Source: Klebsormidium nitens
Taxonomy: Eukaryota; Plantae; Klebsormidiophyceae
DNA: 41,095 bases
Reading direction: 5' to 3'
Assembly (NCBI GenBank): GCA_000708835.1
Contig: DF237667.1
Span: forward strand, 1-41,095
Both the position numbers and the translations under genes were made by a program. Below, piece by piece: positions 12,865 through 24,800 of this stretch (position 1 is the stretch's first letter; each line of letters begins with the position of its first letter). Below the pieces are notes generated by a model that saw only the letters and a program-made list of their open reading frames with translations, was not told the DNA's origin and ran no database searches.

Positions 12865-15800
12865 TCAAGCTTTTTTCCGCACAGCCAGCACGTACTCAGA
12901 GTTAAAGCCAGAGTCAATGTCGAAGTCATTCTCAAGCGCGCTCGTGACTGCTTCGGTACATCCCGGTACGAACCGGTCGTGAAGCTCGATGGCCACGGCT
13001 TTGACCCCCGCCAGCCACGCGAGCCGATTCACAGCGCTCGGGGTGAATACGCCCTTCTCGGAACTCTGCATGCAGCGCCATGGCACTCGTCAGACAGATT
13101 ACGGGAACGAGAGCACGGCCCACGCCTGGTACGTCGGAACCGCTCTTCTGAGTCACCTTAGCCGTTTGAGTGAAACTTTTACGTGTTCACTTTTCAACTT
13201 AGAATCAGGATGCGGGATGCCGAATTTGTCTGACTTCAAAGGGCTGAACTTCGGCCGCTGGCACAATTCTCACGATTGCGAAGCACCGTTGCGCAGTGTG
13301 CTCTGTACAACGTCCGGATCCGGCGACTTTCGTAATCGAAAACGTTCCTACAGGAGGCTGCAAACGTCGGCAATCAATGCCGTCGTCGCATAGTCTGTGT
13401 TCATCGTTGTTATTGCCCTTCTGCGACTTCGAATCGTAGATGCAGGGTCTGGCTGCTCCTTTTCCTAATGCACATACTGAAAACAGGCCCAGAACAAGGA
13501 ACAAGCCCAGGCATGATGACGTCAGATCCACGAACGAGCCGTCAGCATCCTACGCCCTGGCGCCTCACCTCGATGTCGATCTTGGCAAAGTCGAAACGCC
13601 CAACTTGCAGCAGGTCCTGGATCAAGTCGATCGTGAGCGCGTTAACACACTCCGCCCCCGGGGGACACGTGTCGGCCTCCCGCAGGATGTGCCCCCACTC
13701 GCCGTCCCCGGTAACGGTCACCTCTAGTTGCGTGGTGCGCTGCCAGATGCCGGCGTGCAACGGGACGACGTTGGGCAAGTGGGCGGTGTTGAGCCGCAGC
13801 ATCGCGAAGTTGTCGGACGCGGCTTCTACGGACACGACCACGGCGTCCGGGAACCTGGTCAAGGGATGGGGTTAGCGTTCAGGTTAAGAAGGAAAATGAT
13901 TGAAGGCTGTACGAAGTCCGGAAGGAAAAGCGGAGTGAAACCTGTCACCGACACGACCACGGCGTCCAAGAATCTGATCAGGAGCAGGGTTAGGGTTCTG
14001 GTTATTACTTAGAGGCTGTAAAAGTTTGCCAAGTACGATTGATGCTTCGAATTGGTGTGAAACTTCTACGAGTTCGACCACCGCGTCCGAGAGGCTGACT
14101 AGGAACGCAGAGTTCGGCTTTGGGGTTAAGAAGAGCCATAAGGAGGAGTGAACTGCTGTAAAGGTCCTTGAAACTCTGAATGATTACAAACGGAGCTCAA
14201 AGACACGACCCCAAGATCCTGGTTTGGGGGCCAGGGTTAAACTCCGGTGTCAAGGAAAGCCACGTACAAGAACAGGATAAGAAACCGGGAGAAGTAAAGA
14301 TTCAAAAATGAGGTCAAATGGTTGTCCGGAAGAGAGAGAAATCAGAGAAGCTGTAGAGAGCACCGATCACGTAGTTCGAAGACCCTGAGCAGACGGCGAC
14401 AGTCAGGCTGACAGGGGAAAACCAATCAAGACTTTCAAATAACAGTCATGCGAATACGATTAGGGCGCTCGGCGTAGCAGCCAATGTCGGGCTCCGTGCT
14501 TTGCGACGCTAAGCAGCATCCGGAAAAGGTGTCCTTACAGTGTTTCGAAAGAGTAGATTGAGAACGTTGGAGAAGTACGAACGGGCTTCGTAAATGAGAC
14601 GTAGAAGCAAGCGCAGTTCTCTTCGACCTCTGTAGCGGGAGCGAATGATGGATGTGGCACACGGTCGGCTTGTCGAGGTCGACATTCGCGCCCGATTCTG
14701 CTCCCGAAGTGTTGTGCGAATCTTTTACACGGGATAGAAGGTTGGTTCCAGAGTAGAATCAGTGAAAGCGACCGATCATACCGTTTTGCTGACGCAATTC
14801 TTACAAAGTCTGCGCGGCGAGGCCAGCTGTTGCTTCGATCCGTTAGGCAACTCGTCCTAAAAAATGGGACAATCTGGGGAGAATTCCAGCCGAAACGAGA
14901 TAGACTATTACGCTGACGCAATGCGTACATGTGCCCAAAGACATGCGCCAACGGAGAGAAGTTCCAGCCAAGACAAGATAGGATATCTTGCTGACGCACT
15001 GCTTACATGTGCCCGAAGACCTGCGCGGCGAGGCCGATGTTGGCGCCCGCGTCAAGAATGGCGGTCGGCGCGAAGTTCGCGACGAAGCCCAGCTCGACCG
15101 TCTCGTACATCTGGCCCAGCACCAGACTGTCCGAAGTGTCCGGCCGGACGTACACCGGAACGACGCACTCGGACGCCGGACAAGGTACCTGCCCGGAACG
15201 GAATGACCGGTTTGAGAAACCTCCTCAAAATTCAGGGGCAAAGGTTTTGGCCGACATTTTTTGACGGACATTCACCGGAGTGAAGGGCTCGGACGCCGAC
15301 AAGGTACCTGTCCGAAAATAGAACCTGGTGTGAGCGGACTGATTAAAGGATGGACATTTGTCCGGGGTGTCCGGCCGGAAGTACACTGAAACGACGCACT
15401 CGGACGCCGGACCAGGTACCTGTCCGGTACGGAAATCACCCGTTTGAGAAACCTCCTCAAGACTGAAAGCACACAATCGGGCGCCGGATGAGGGACCTGT
15501 CCAAGGATTAGAAGCGATTTGAGGGGCTCGTCAAACTAGTACTAAAAGATACATGTACTCTGAGCTGATCTGAGCTATCACCAGAGAATATGGAGCTGCA
15601 AGAGATTATGAGAACTTCCAAAGTCCTCGTTTCTCAAGGGCGTTGTTCGCACCTGCTGTTTGATGTAGCCAACGAGACACACGACTTCCGAACCGGCGCC
15701 CAGCACATGCGCCTCGTCAAGGGCACGCAGCTCCGGCTGGGTCAGCCAAGAGTTGTTGAACAGCCACCTGGCAGTGAGGGATTTGGAGATGAGGGTCACG

Positions 15801-17939
15801 GGTCAAAACAATCTTCTCAGCTATTGCGGGCCGGCTGTTCTGTGCGATGCACTGATTGAGCGGAGGGGTAAACGTTGCATAGAAGTTGTTGAATAGCCAC
15901 CTGACAGCGCCGATCTGCAATTTGAGTTGGAGTGCTCAAATGGGCGTCTACGCAAATATCATCACCGGGCCACTTTTAGACACGGCCCAGTGCTCGGGGC
16001 ACAAAAGATAGCAAAAAAAAACCAATCTGTGGCGTCAGGATACCAGAAAGGTTATGCTTCATTGTTGCTATGCGACGTCAGGCTAACGGTCCCCGCACGC
16101 AAACTCTAAGGTGACGGAATCGAACATTTTTACTCACATTCCGCGGAATTGTTGAATGGAGTTCACCCACTGAGCTGCAGGGTAAACTGTCTAGTAGCAT
16201 CCTGTTTTATGAATGACGGATTTGTGTGGTGACTTTCATAAGTGTTCCGTCTGAACTGGGAAACTCATGTTAGGGCGGCTTTGAAAGTCCTTTGAGTTGT
16301 TGGTTATGTTTGGGCACTCTCAAGATGTGGAAAGCAGGAAACCGATAGCCGTAAAACCTTTGTTTCTAAGAAGAGGCTCCTTTTGGAAAGAGCCAGGAGA
16401 CAACATATAGTTTCTGAGAACGATAAGGGCTATAAACGATACCTCCAAGCCCAAGGGACGGTTGGAGTTGGCTTGGGGGTTAGGGTGGGTTTGGTGCGAA
16501 GCGTGTGAGTATACACGTTGAGGGTTTTGGGTTCGTTTTTTCTCAATAGAAATTACCTGTCATTATGAAGCTGAACATGAACAGAGAATCGAAATTTATG
16601 CCAGGAGAGCCACCTGTTTCCGGTGGTAAAGTCGGGCACCCTCGCCAATGCTTCCTCCAGCGCACTTTGCCCCATGCCACACAGGGCCTTCGTCACCGAT
16701 ATGACATCTGGTCCCGCTCCGCCCTTCTTTCCCACCAGCTTCGACCTTGCAAACACGTGGGCGGCGCTCGAGCCCAGCGATTGGGTTTCCTGCCAAGGCC
16801 GGAGCTTTGGGGCCGCGCCTAGTTGCTGTGGCTGGGCCTCGTTTTGCAGTAGCTGCTCAAAGTGGCTGTGGGAGGAGATCGCCAATGTGGAAGCGAGTTG
16901 GCTCTGCAAAGTGGGGGACAGAGGAGGGGAATGTGAGAAGATAAAAAGGGCCAGGTGGGCAAGGTGGCAAAAGGAGGATGGGATTCTGCAGCTAGATGTG
17001 GGTCCAAATGTGGGCTGATCGACTGGGTGGGAAGCATTTTCTGAATGTTTGAAGGATGTTACTCGTTAAAAGGGCGTGACATTCCGAGAGAACCCTTCTT
17101 TGATGACATTTATCCTGAATGCAGTGCGTTACATGGTATGTAGGTTGGCACTCAGGGCTGCATAAATAGTTGCAGAGTTCCGACCAGAAATGCTGGCTTA
17201 CTAAGCTTCACTTCTGGGAATTTTGGCCTAATGGTGTTCATTGATCAGAATGTTAGTCATGGATGATTACTGTTTTTGGATCCTACCGCTCTTTTTGTTC
17301 TCTTGGAAGGATGTAAACATAGTGTTTACAGCTCAACTCTTCACCAAAACCTGGCATAAGTTGACTGACTGAAAAAGCCAATTGCCCACCATTATACTAC
17401 CTCATAACCACCTGGTTTGAGCATGTCCTGTTCTTAAAGAGCAACTCTTATGCAGAGCAGCATTGAGGTTGTTTCAAGCTGATGAAAGCACTCTAGCTCA
17501 AGCAAACTCATCAAGAATCCCTTCAGTATCACACTTGCGCCCAAGAATGTTGCATCTTCGCAGACTCTGAAAGAGGGTGCGAATACTGCTCACATCTGCA
17601 CTGCAGCATTCCTCCCTTTGTCTGAGCCTTTGAAAGAGCTCAACAAAGCATGCGCATGACATCAGCGACGTGTGAACTGGCGCACCTGTGACGCCTCCAG
17701 CGCAGTTAGTGCCTGGACCACTTTCGCCAGCTCCTTGGTGACGTCATCAGAGGCCTCCCGTGCCTCGCCAGCACGCCGTCCCTCCACGCAATGCTGTACG
17801 CCGTTCGCTGAAGTGAGGAGCTCAGGAACGCGGGCGGAAGTTCTGAAGGGATCAACAGCAGAAGCGCGCACATGGGGAGAGCAAGAAGGAGGAAGGCTGC
17901 GGCGGCGCCTTGCCAGCCAAAGCCTTTCCAGACTGCCAT
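12865..17939 (-). CDS. FkbM-family (Methyltransf_21) SAM-dependent methyltransferase with N-terminal TM anchor and coiled-coil stem
   Basis: Exons 17939-17686, 16903-16614, 15767-15653, 15188-15007, 13854-13569, 13065-12865. Introns are GT-AG and phases match from exon 2 on. Motifs: RPDTSD, ILDAGANIG, VVSVEAASDNF, FDFAKIDIE, AIELHDRF. N-terminus AAAAFLLLALPMCALLLLI. Exon 1 needs a frameshift or an alternative weak splice. Confidence 0.88.
13832..14400 (-). repeat. Tandem array of about 120 bp (4-5 decayed copies) of the acceptor plus exon-5 start in methyltransferase intron 4
   Basis: GACACGACCACGGCGTCC at about 13831 (true exon) and 13950, with degenerate copies at about 14072 and 14202. 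A GCTGTA anchor recurs at about 13905, 14015, 14155 and 14351. Confidence 0.8.
15125..15505 (-). repeat. Tandem copies of the acceptor plus exon-4 start in methyltransferase intron 3
   Basis: GGACGCCG(G)AC(A/C)AGGTACCTG at 15171, 15291 and 15402, with a weaker copy at 15480. GTTTGAGAAACCTCCTCAA recurs at about 15210 and 15442. Confidence 0.85.
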
Positions 17940-18827
17940 GGTGTAGAAGCACCTCAAATCGACGCCCTGGACAAATTCGTCGTAAAAACGTTCTCACGTG
18001 TCGAGAGGTTTACGATGGAAACGCGCTGGGTTTCGTCCAAGCTCGATTCAAAGGTGAAAGGAGGCGCAGGGCTTCGCTTTGACAGCAATGCAGATCCAGC
18101 AATCTGAGAATGGGCAAAGAAAGCTGATTTGAAAAGTGCTCACAACGACAGATGCGGGCACATGGTGTTGTTTTGAGTCAATTTGACGCTAGTCGCTGGG
18201 TAGTCCTGTGCCCTGGCTCCTATCCAGGTCCTACTAATACGCACACACTGTTCAACTTTTGAGTTCATAATTTGCAGCGTCGTTGTCCTCGCTGCTTATA
18301 CGTCGTCCGATGCGATCGACGAGACGTACGAGCCGTCGATGACCTGCCACGTGTGCTCACTGCAGTGGAACATTCCGGGAACCGGTACCCGATCACAATC
18401 TCAGTCTGGAGCATGCCAATTGGCTAACAGTGACACTGGAGTCTGCTTTCATACCTAGCCTCTTGGGTTACCGTATGTTGACATCAGTCAGGAAGACTCA
18501 GGATACCCCGGTGAGTTCTGCGACTCTGGGAGAGGGTTACTTTGTCGTTGTAGGTACAGTTGAAACTGGTAGGTATAGGTAGAAGGCACACAAATACCTA
18601 ATCTGCTTGGCCATCCTGGAAAGTTTGGAGGATTTCAGAAGCACAGGATCGGCGTACCAAGTGAGTCTCAGGTTTTCCTGAAAGGTCCTGTGATATACTC
18701 AACAGTTGAACAGTTGAAGTGCAAAACAACTGAATGGCACGCAGATTGGCAAAGAGAAGAAGAATTAAGTGCCCCTTCACATGAGCCAGGTGGTCGAGGC
18801 TCTGCGGCATCCCGTTTCTTTGAAGAG
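17940..18827. promoter_or_regulatory. Putative bidirectional promoter/5' UTR region between divergent genes
   Basis: 888 bp separate the ATG at 17939 (-) and the ATG at 18828 (+). Positional inference only; no motif was identified. Confidence 0.4.
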
Positions 18828-21800
18828 ATGAAGCATGCGCGGCTGGTGTCACAAAGGGCCTGGATTGCGCTGTGCGTTGCCGCGGGGCTGGCGTGTTCCA
18901 TTTTCCTGCTGTCGGGCATGCCGAAGGAAGGGAACGAGCTAGCGGCAGGTGGGGCGCTCCAGACAAGTCTCAGAAGGCACCAAGTTGTGAGTCTCATTGT
19001 GCTTCGGTTGTGATTCCAGTACAATGCTGTCAGCTCTAAGAGCTGGCAAGGGAATGGTGAGGGGAGAATGGTGATGGCGTGCAGTCCTTCACGGGGGTCA
19101 TGGAGAAAGTAGGATTGACTGGTTGTACTGAGTCTCTTTCTTCTTCAAGTGGTATGTTATGGTGCGCATAACTTTCTGGGGCATTAGCGTCACAGGGTTG
19201 TGTCTTCTTGTGCAATTAAGATCTTGACAGATCTTCGCATTCCATGTCAATATTGTTCTCGTACAACGCAGCCAGCTTCTGGCAGCTGTTTCAACTAATT
19301 AACTAACAGTGACTGCTCATACGCAAAGCTGTGCTGATCTTTGGAGGCGTCAGGAATCACGAGTTAGGGGCAGAAGCGGACGTCTCAAGTCTTCAAGAAG
19401 TAGATCAATAGTTCCTAGATATCTGTAAGCTCCTGCCTTCATACTAAGATTGAATCTTCAACAGCACCTCCTCTGCACCCATACCCGTCCTTAACCCCAA
19501 AGGCAACCCCACCCGTCTTAGGCTGGTTAGCAAACACAATGCAAAGCTCACTGCACCCGAATCAATGTTTTATATCATGTTCCTTTTCAGTCTAAGCGGT
19601 CTCTTGCCCCAATCAGGTCTGGGGTGCCTGATCATTCACTGATGTGTCAAAGGGAGATAAAGTTGGATCTCATAGAGATTGTCTGGAGACCCTTCAGCTG
19701 GCACTTCACATGACGTCAGCTCACTTCAAACTTGGCCGCTCGCATTGAACTCTTTGTCTCTTTACCAACACTCCGCTCAAGCCCCCAACTCGCAATCCGG
19801 GACCTCCGAACACTTGTGAGAAGTAGATGGAAGCGATTGGGCAGTGATCCGTATGTAGATTGCGCTGCAAGCGGCTTGATAGGGAGCTGTTCACACCCGC
19901 GTGTACCTACCCATTCATCCTGCCATGCGCAGATCTTGCGGCCCCAGCCATCGCTGACTCAGCGCAGCGCCGACATCCCGCTGGTCATCTATGAGCAGTA
20001 CCATGACGTCAGCTGCCATCCACACCTCCACACGGGGAACCTGCTCTACCGGGGCCTCAACCAGGTGCGCCCGCCCAAGTCTTGCGAACCTCGCACGGCG
20101 CAAATGTTACCGCACGTTTTTGTCCCCTTTCTAAAGCGCTGTGCGCGCGTTTACTTCGTCAGAGAATGACTCTTTCCTTGTGATTTTCTTGTTTTGCAAG
20201 GGGCCGATGACAGGATTGGGTTGATTGCGAAAGAGCACGCATTGCTTGCGTAGGACCGAAGCCTGAGCTTCAGATTCTAAAATGAGTTTGAGACGCAGAG
20301 GTGGAGACACAGGTCGATTGCAATCTTGATTGGTATTGACCTACTTTGAACTGTGAACGTCGAAGTAGAATACATGAACAATCCAGGCTCGAGAAGGACA
20401 GGTTCTCCATAAGACGGGTCGTTCCATGGCCTCTCAGGGCATGGAAGCTATGTCCTGAGCCCCCCATTTAGAATGCAACTGTTATAAAGCAAGATAGAAT
20501 CCATCAGCCCCTTTGATAAACATGCAACAATCACAACGCAAGACGAGAAATCTCAGACCCTTAAGCGGGGGGCACACTTCCAGTGGACGATTCACCCTTA
20601 TTTCTGCATGTATCACCCGATCTAGTTATCTAGATATCTAGGACTACGTAGTAGTTCTCTACGTATCCCAACTCTATCTTACGAAACATTTTAATAGGAT
20701 TCGAACACACATGCCACGTGGCGTTTTGTATCTGACCGCGCTCTGCGGTCTCGCGCAGGCGGCCGGCCAGCTGCGGCACACTGATGACGTGGACGTCCCC
20801 GCGTTCTTCGAGATCGGGAACGACGCGTACTACCAAAACTTGCTGTGCGAGTTCACGGGGATCCTGGCGGTCGCCAACGTGCTGAGCCAGGTGCACCCGC
20901 ACCGCTGGATTGGGTTTCAGAGCTGGAAAGCCACAGAGAAGCAGGCAAGGAAATTTGACGGTTTCTCATACATTTGCTCTTTTGATTAAATTGATACGCT
21001 TTGGAGGCGCTGTTTACATCTTTGGCAGTTGGTCACCCGACAGAGTTCATTTCAGATGTGCTCATGCAATTAAGTCAGCTTGCAGATAAGCCACGGAGAA
21101 GCGGGCAAGAATATGCGGCCTTTCCCTTTGGGTTCTTAGATTCTCTAGCAGGCCTCCCGGCAGCCGTAAAGGTATTCCAGGGTTGTCTTCAGCAATTAGC
21201 CAACGAACGAAGGCCGGCCACCGATGCGTGCGTCTAAGCAAGTAAAGCGATTTTGAGACCTGGAAAGCCACAGAGGAGCAGGCAAGAATACACGCGAAGA
21301 TTTTATGTCCCTGCTGTGCTGTCTAGTCGTTGGCGCTTTGAAACTTAGGTTCCTTCGGCAGTTGTCCAAACATTAGAGATATCACTTTGTGCTTTGACGT
21401 TGTCCAGGGCTGTAAAGCAATGGAGAAAGCAGGCAGAACAACCTAGGCTGCGTGTTTTGCATGCTGTATACGGGACGTCTTTCCAAGTTTCGGCTCTAGA
21501 AGCTTGACTCCTTGCCTTTTTCCTCCGTGGTAATTGCGCGAGCTTCTAAAAGTACAGAGCTAAACGGAGAAGGCCAGCGTAATCGCGGTTGTGAGGACCG
21601 AACGAAGCTGCTGACGTCATGAGCTTCGCTCTTCTGAACCTCATCCCTGCTGATGAGCAGAGGGCGCTGACGTCAGCATCCGAGGAGGCGATCCTGGCCG
21701 CGATCGCGAAGCCGGAGTATGCGGACGCGGTGTTCTTCTGGGCCAACGGGGGCGTGCGCGACCATGGGTGGGGGGACGGGATCCAGGACTTCTACGGGCA

Positions 21801-24800
21801 GTGCGACTCGGTGCACATCTACTGCAGGTGACGTGGCTGTCCTGCCTCCACTGCAGGCACACAAGCGCCACTTTTTGAATGCAGAAAACCTTGTTCGAAA
21901 AGGTTTTGATCGGTGCAAACTGGTTCCGACGGTCTCCGCATTGATCTGTCGAGGTTGCGAGATTTCTGCTGGCCTCGAATGCAGTGACTGATTATGAACG
22001 CAATTGATCAGATTGCTGGTGAAAGCATACATTTCGGTAGTAAGCTCAAATCATAGTCAAAACGGCGCTAATACTAACAACGCAAATCCAAAACAATTAC
22101 CCACTCCGCACCCGTACCCACCTTAACCCCCCATACTAATACTACCCGTCCCAGTTACTACAACTTGAGCTCACCATACCTTTTTAGAGAATGCTGTGAA
22201 AGTTGGAAACTCATCTGGGGGAACCTTCGGGATTGCCGTGGTGTTTCGTAACAGGTTGGACCTGAACAGACGTGACGGTACTGCGGCACTGCTCTTCTCG
22301 TGGGCTTTCGAATCGATAATGGTTTGGGTCACCAAGGAGACTGTTGGGCCTCACATGTCCTGATTGAGACCATCTCTGCTGACATCACTACCTGCTCATA
22401 TGCCCAATCATCCATCAGATCAAACAGTCACAATCGCCAATTGAGGCATACCCAACCACTTTCTAAACCATTTGATAGACGCGACCGTGCATGACCGGCC
22501 GCCTTTCTTCAAAGGGCTGTGTTCAGGTTCCATGCACCGCCGTTCTACGACCCCTCGGCTCTTAAAGTTGGTGTACTTGCGCAACTTTAAGCGGCCTTTC
22601 CCTGTGAGGCTGTCACAGACCGGTGACCGATCTGTCCCATCAACACCTCATCACATTCTTCGCAACGCCCTTCGCTTGTCAAACCCCCTCCCCACCTATC
22701 TCCTCAGTTTGGGTGGCGAGCGCATCTTTGAATCTCGAGCCGCTGTCGCTCAGAGAGCTGTCACAGATTTTCAAGTTCTATCTGCGTCTGACACCTATCA
22801 CTTACTCTGCACCACTTTATTTCTTCCTCACCCCTAGCTTCCGATTATATGTACGAGCGCCCCTTTGAAGCTCGAGCGCTGTTTTAAGTCGAGCTATCAC
22901 GGAAGTGCCGAAAACCACCTTCATCCGACATATATCACTTCCCATGCACCGCTCAACTCCTCTCCTCCTCACCTCTATTTTTGCGGTTTAGCATACGAGC
23001 GAACTTTTAGAGCTCGAGCCGCCGTCGCCCGAAGAGCCGTCACAGACTCGTCAAGTCCTCTCCTCGGCCGACACATATCAGTTCCCATGCACCGTTCAAC
23101 TCTTCCCCTCACCCCGCTGTTTTTTCAATCCGGTATAGGAGCGCACCATCAAAGCTCGAGGCGCTGTCGCACAAGGAGCTGTCAAGGAATTGTCAACTGC
23201 TATCTTTAACCGACATGTATCGCCACGCACCGTTTAACTCATCTTCCCAACCCCCCTCCTTCTTTTCAGTTTGATTCACGAGCGCACCTTCGAAGCTTAG
23301 AGCCGCTGTGTGCAATCGAGCTGTCACGGAACCGCCGAAAGGCTAAGTTCATGAAAATACTATCACTTCCCATGCACCGCTCAACTTCTCCCGTCCCCCT
23401 CTGTGTCTTCAGTTTGGTGTACGAGCGCACTTTCGAGCTGCTCTTCGGTGGGCGGTTAGCAGACGCCGGATACCGTGGCCCGCCCCCCATGCCCGTTGAC
23501 GGCGGCAGCTTCATCTTCATGAGCTACTTCGTCATGCGCTCGGCCGCGCTGCAGGAATACGCGCAGCTCGTCAAGTGAGTGGGCTCTTTGTTCCGCTTTT
23601 CATTTATGCTCAATCCAAAAGGGATTCTGACATCTTAGAATCAAAGCCCGTTGGCGGCCGCAGCTTCATCTTCGTGAGCTACTTCGGCATGAGCGCGGCA
23701 GAAATACGCGCAGCTCGTCAAGTGAGTCATCTCAGAATCCTATCAAGTTTGAAATTCAACAAATTCGATGGAGTCTCATGCCGTTTGCCGGCGATTTGCT
23801 TTCATGAGCTACTTCGTTAATTGCTCGGCCGCGCTGCAGGAATACGCACAGCTCGTCAAGTGAGTCTGCTCGGCACATTGTCAAGTCTCAACTGATACAA
23901 AGAAGTCGACAGGACAGCATTGACTGCCCTTCCGCGGCGGCAGCTTCGATCACATGAGCTATTTTGTCATGCGGTCTGCCGCTCTGCGTCCTGCGCACAA
24001 GCTTTTCTTCGTAATGCACGAAATGCACACTACCACCACGTAACCGCTTCCGTCGATACGACTCCTCAGAAACCGACTAACCCTAAAGGCTAAACCCAAA
24101 GTTCCAACCCAAAACCTGCCCAAACGGTTCAGGCTTAATCCAAAGCCTCAACCCTGAAACTGCCTAAGCTGTTTGGGCTACACCCTGAAGCTTAAACCCT
24201 CGACTTCTCTCGTTTCCGCGCGCAGGTCTTCCTTTGTACCGCTGGACCGAACGTACCACCGCGCGCACCGCTTCCAACCCCTCAAAAATCAATCCTGAAG
24301 GCTAAACCCAAAGCTTAAACCCTGAACCTGCCAAAACCCTGAAGCCTGAATCCTCGATTCCTCTCATCTCCGCGCGCAGGGCGTTCTTCGTCACTCTGGA
24401 CCGCATGTATTTCCACGCGCACCGCGACGGCCAGTTCTGCATCCTCGCACACGGCAAGGGCGTGCCGGAGCCGGAAGTGCCCGCCGCAAAAGAATACGAG
24501 GTGAAGCGCAAGACTCTTATCTGCAAAGGACTGCAAATCCTAACATTGCAAGGTGCAACTTGCATAGTTGGATTCAAGAGCTACACTATAAGAGGGCGAA
24601 GGGCGTGCCAGAGCCGGAGGTGGCCGTTCCAAAAGAATACGAGTTGACTTGCGATACCGCTTGAACTCAGCGAAACAGCTGTCTCGCTTTAGAAAAGCCG
24701 CTTTGTTTCGCTCTCCCCTAGGAAAAGCGGCTCATTTTGGCAAGATCTGGAGATGCTGGATTGCTGTCAACTCCAACATATTCTGGGGAACATTTGTAGA

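Noticed and set aside
14843-15283. Overlapping 139-142 aa ORFs on both strands
   Set aside because: Shadow frames of the GC-rich methyltransferase exon and its echoes.
18949-18950. GTGGGG donor at 18949 for glycosyltransferase exon 1
   Set aside because: Phase 1 does not fit the next exon; GTGAGT at 18987 gives phase 0.
22480-23990. Regularly spaced repeats read as a CRISPR array
   Set aside because: Eukaryotic intron, degenerate full-length units, no unique spacers and no cas genes.
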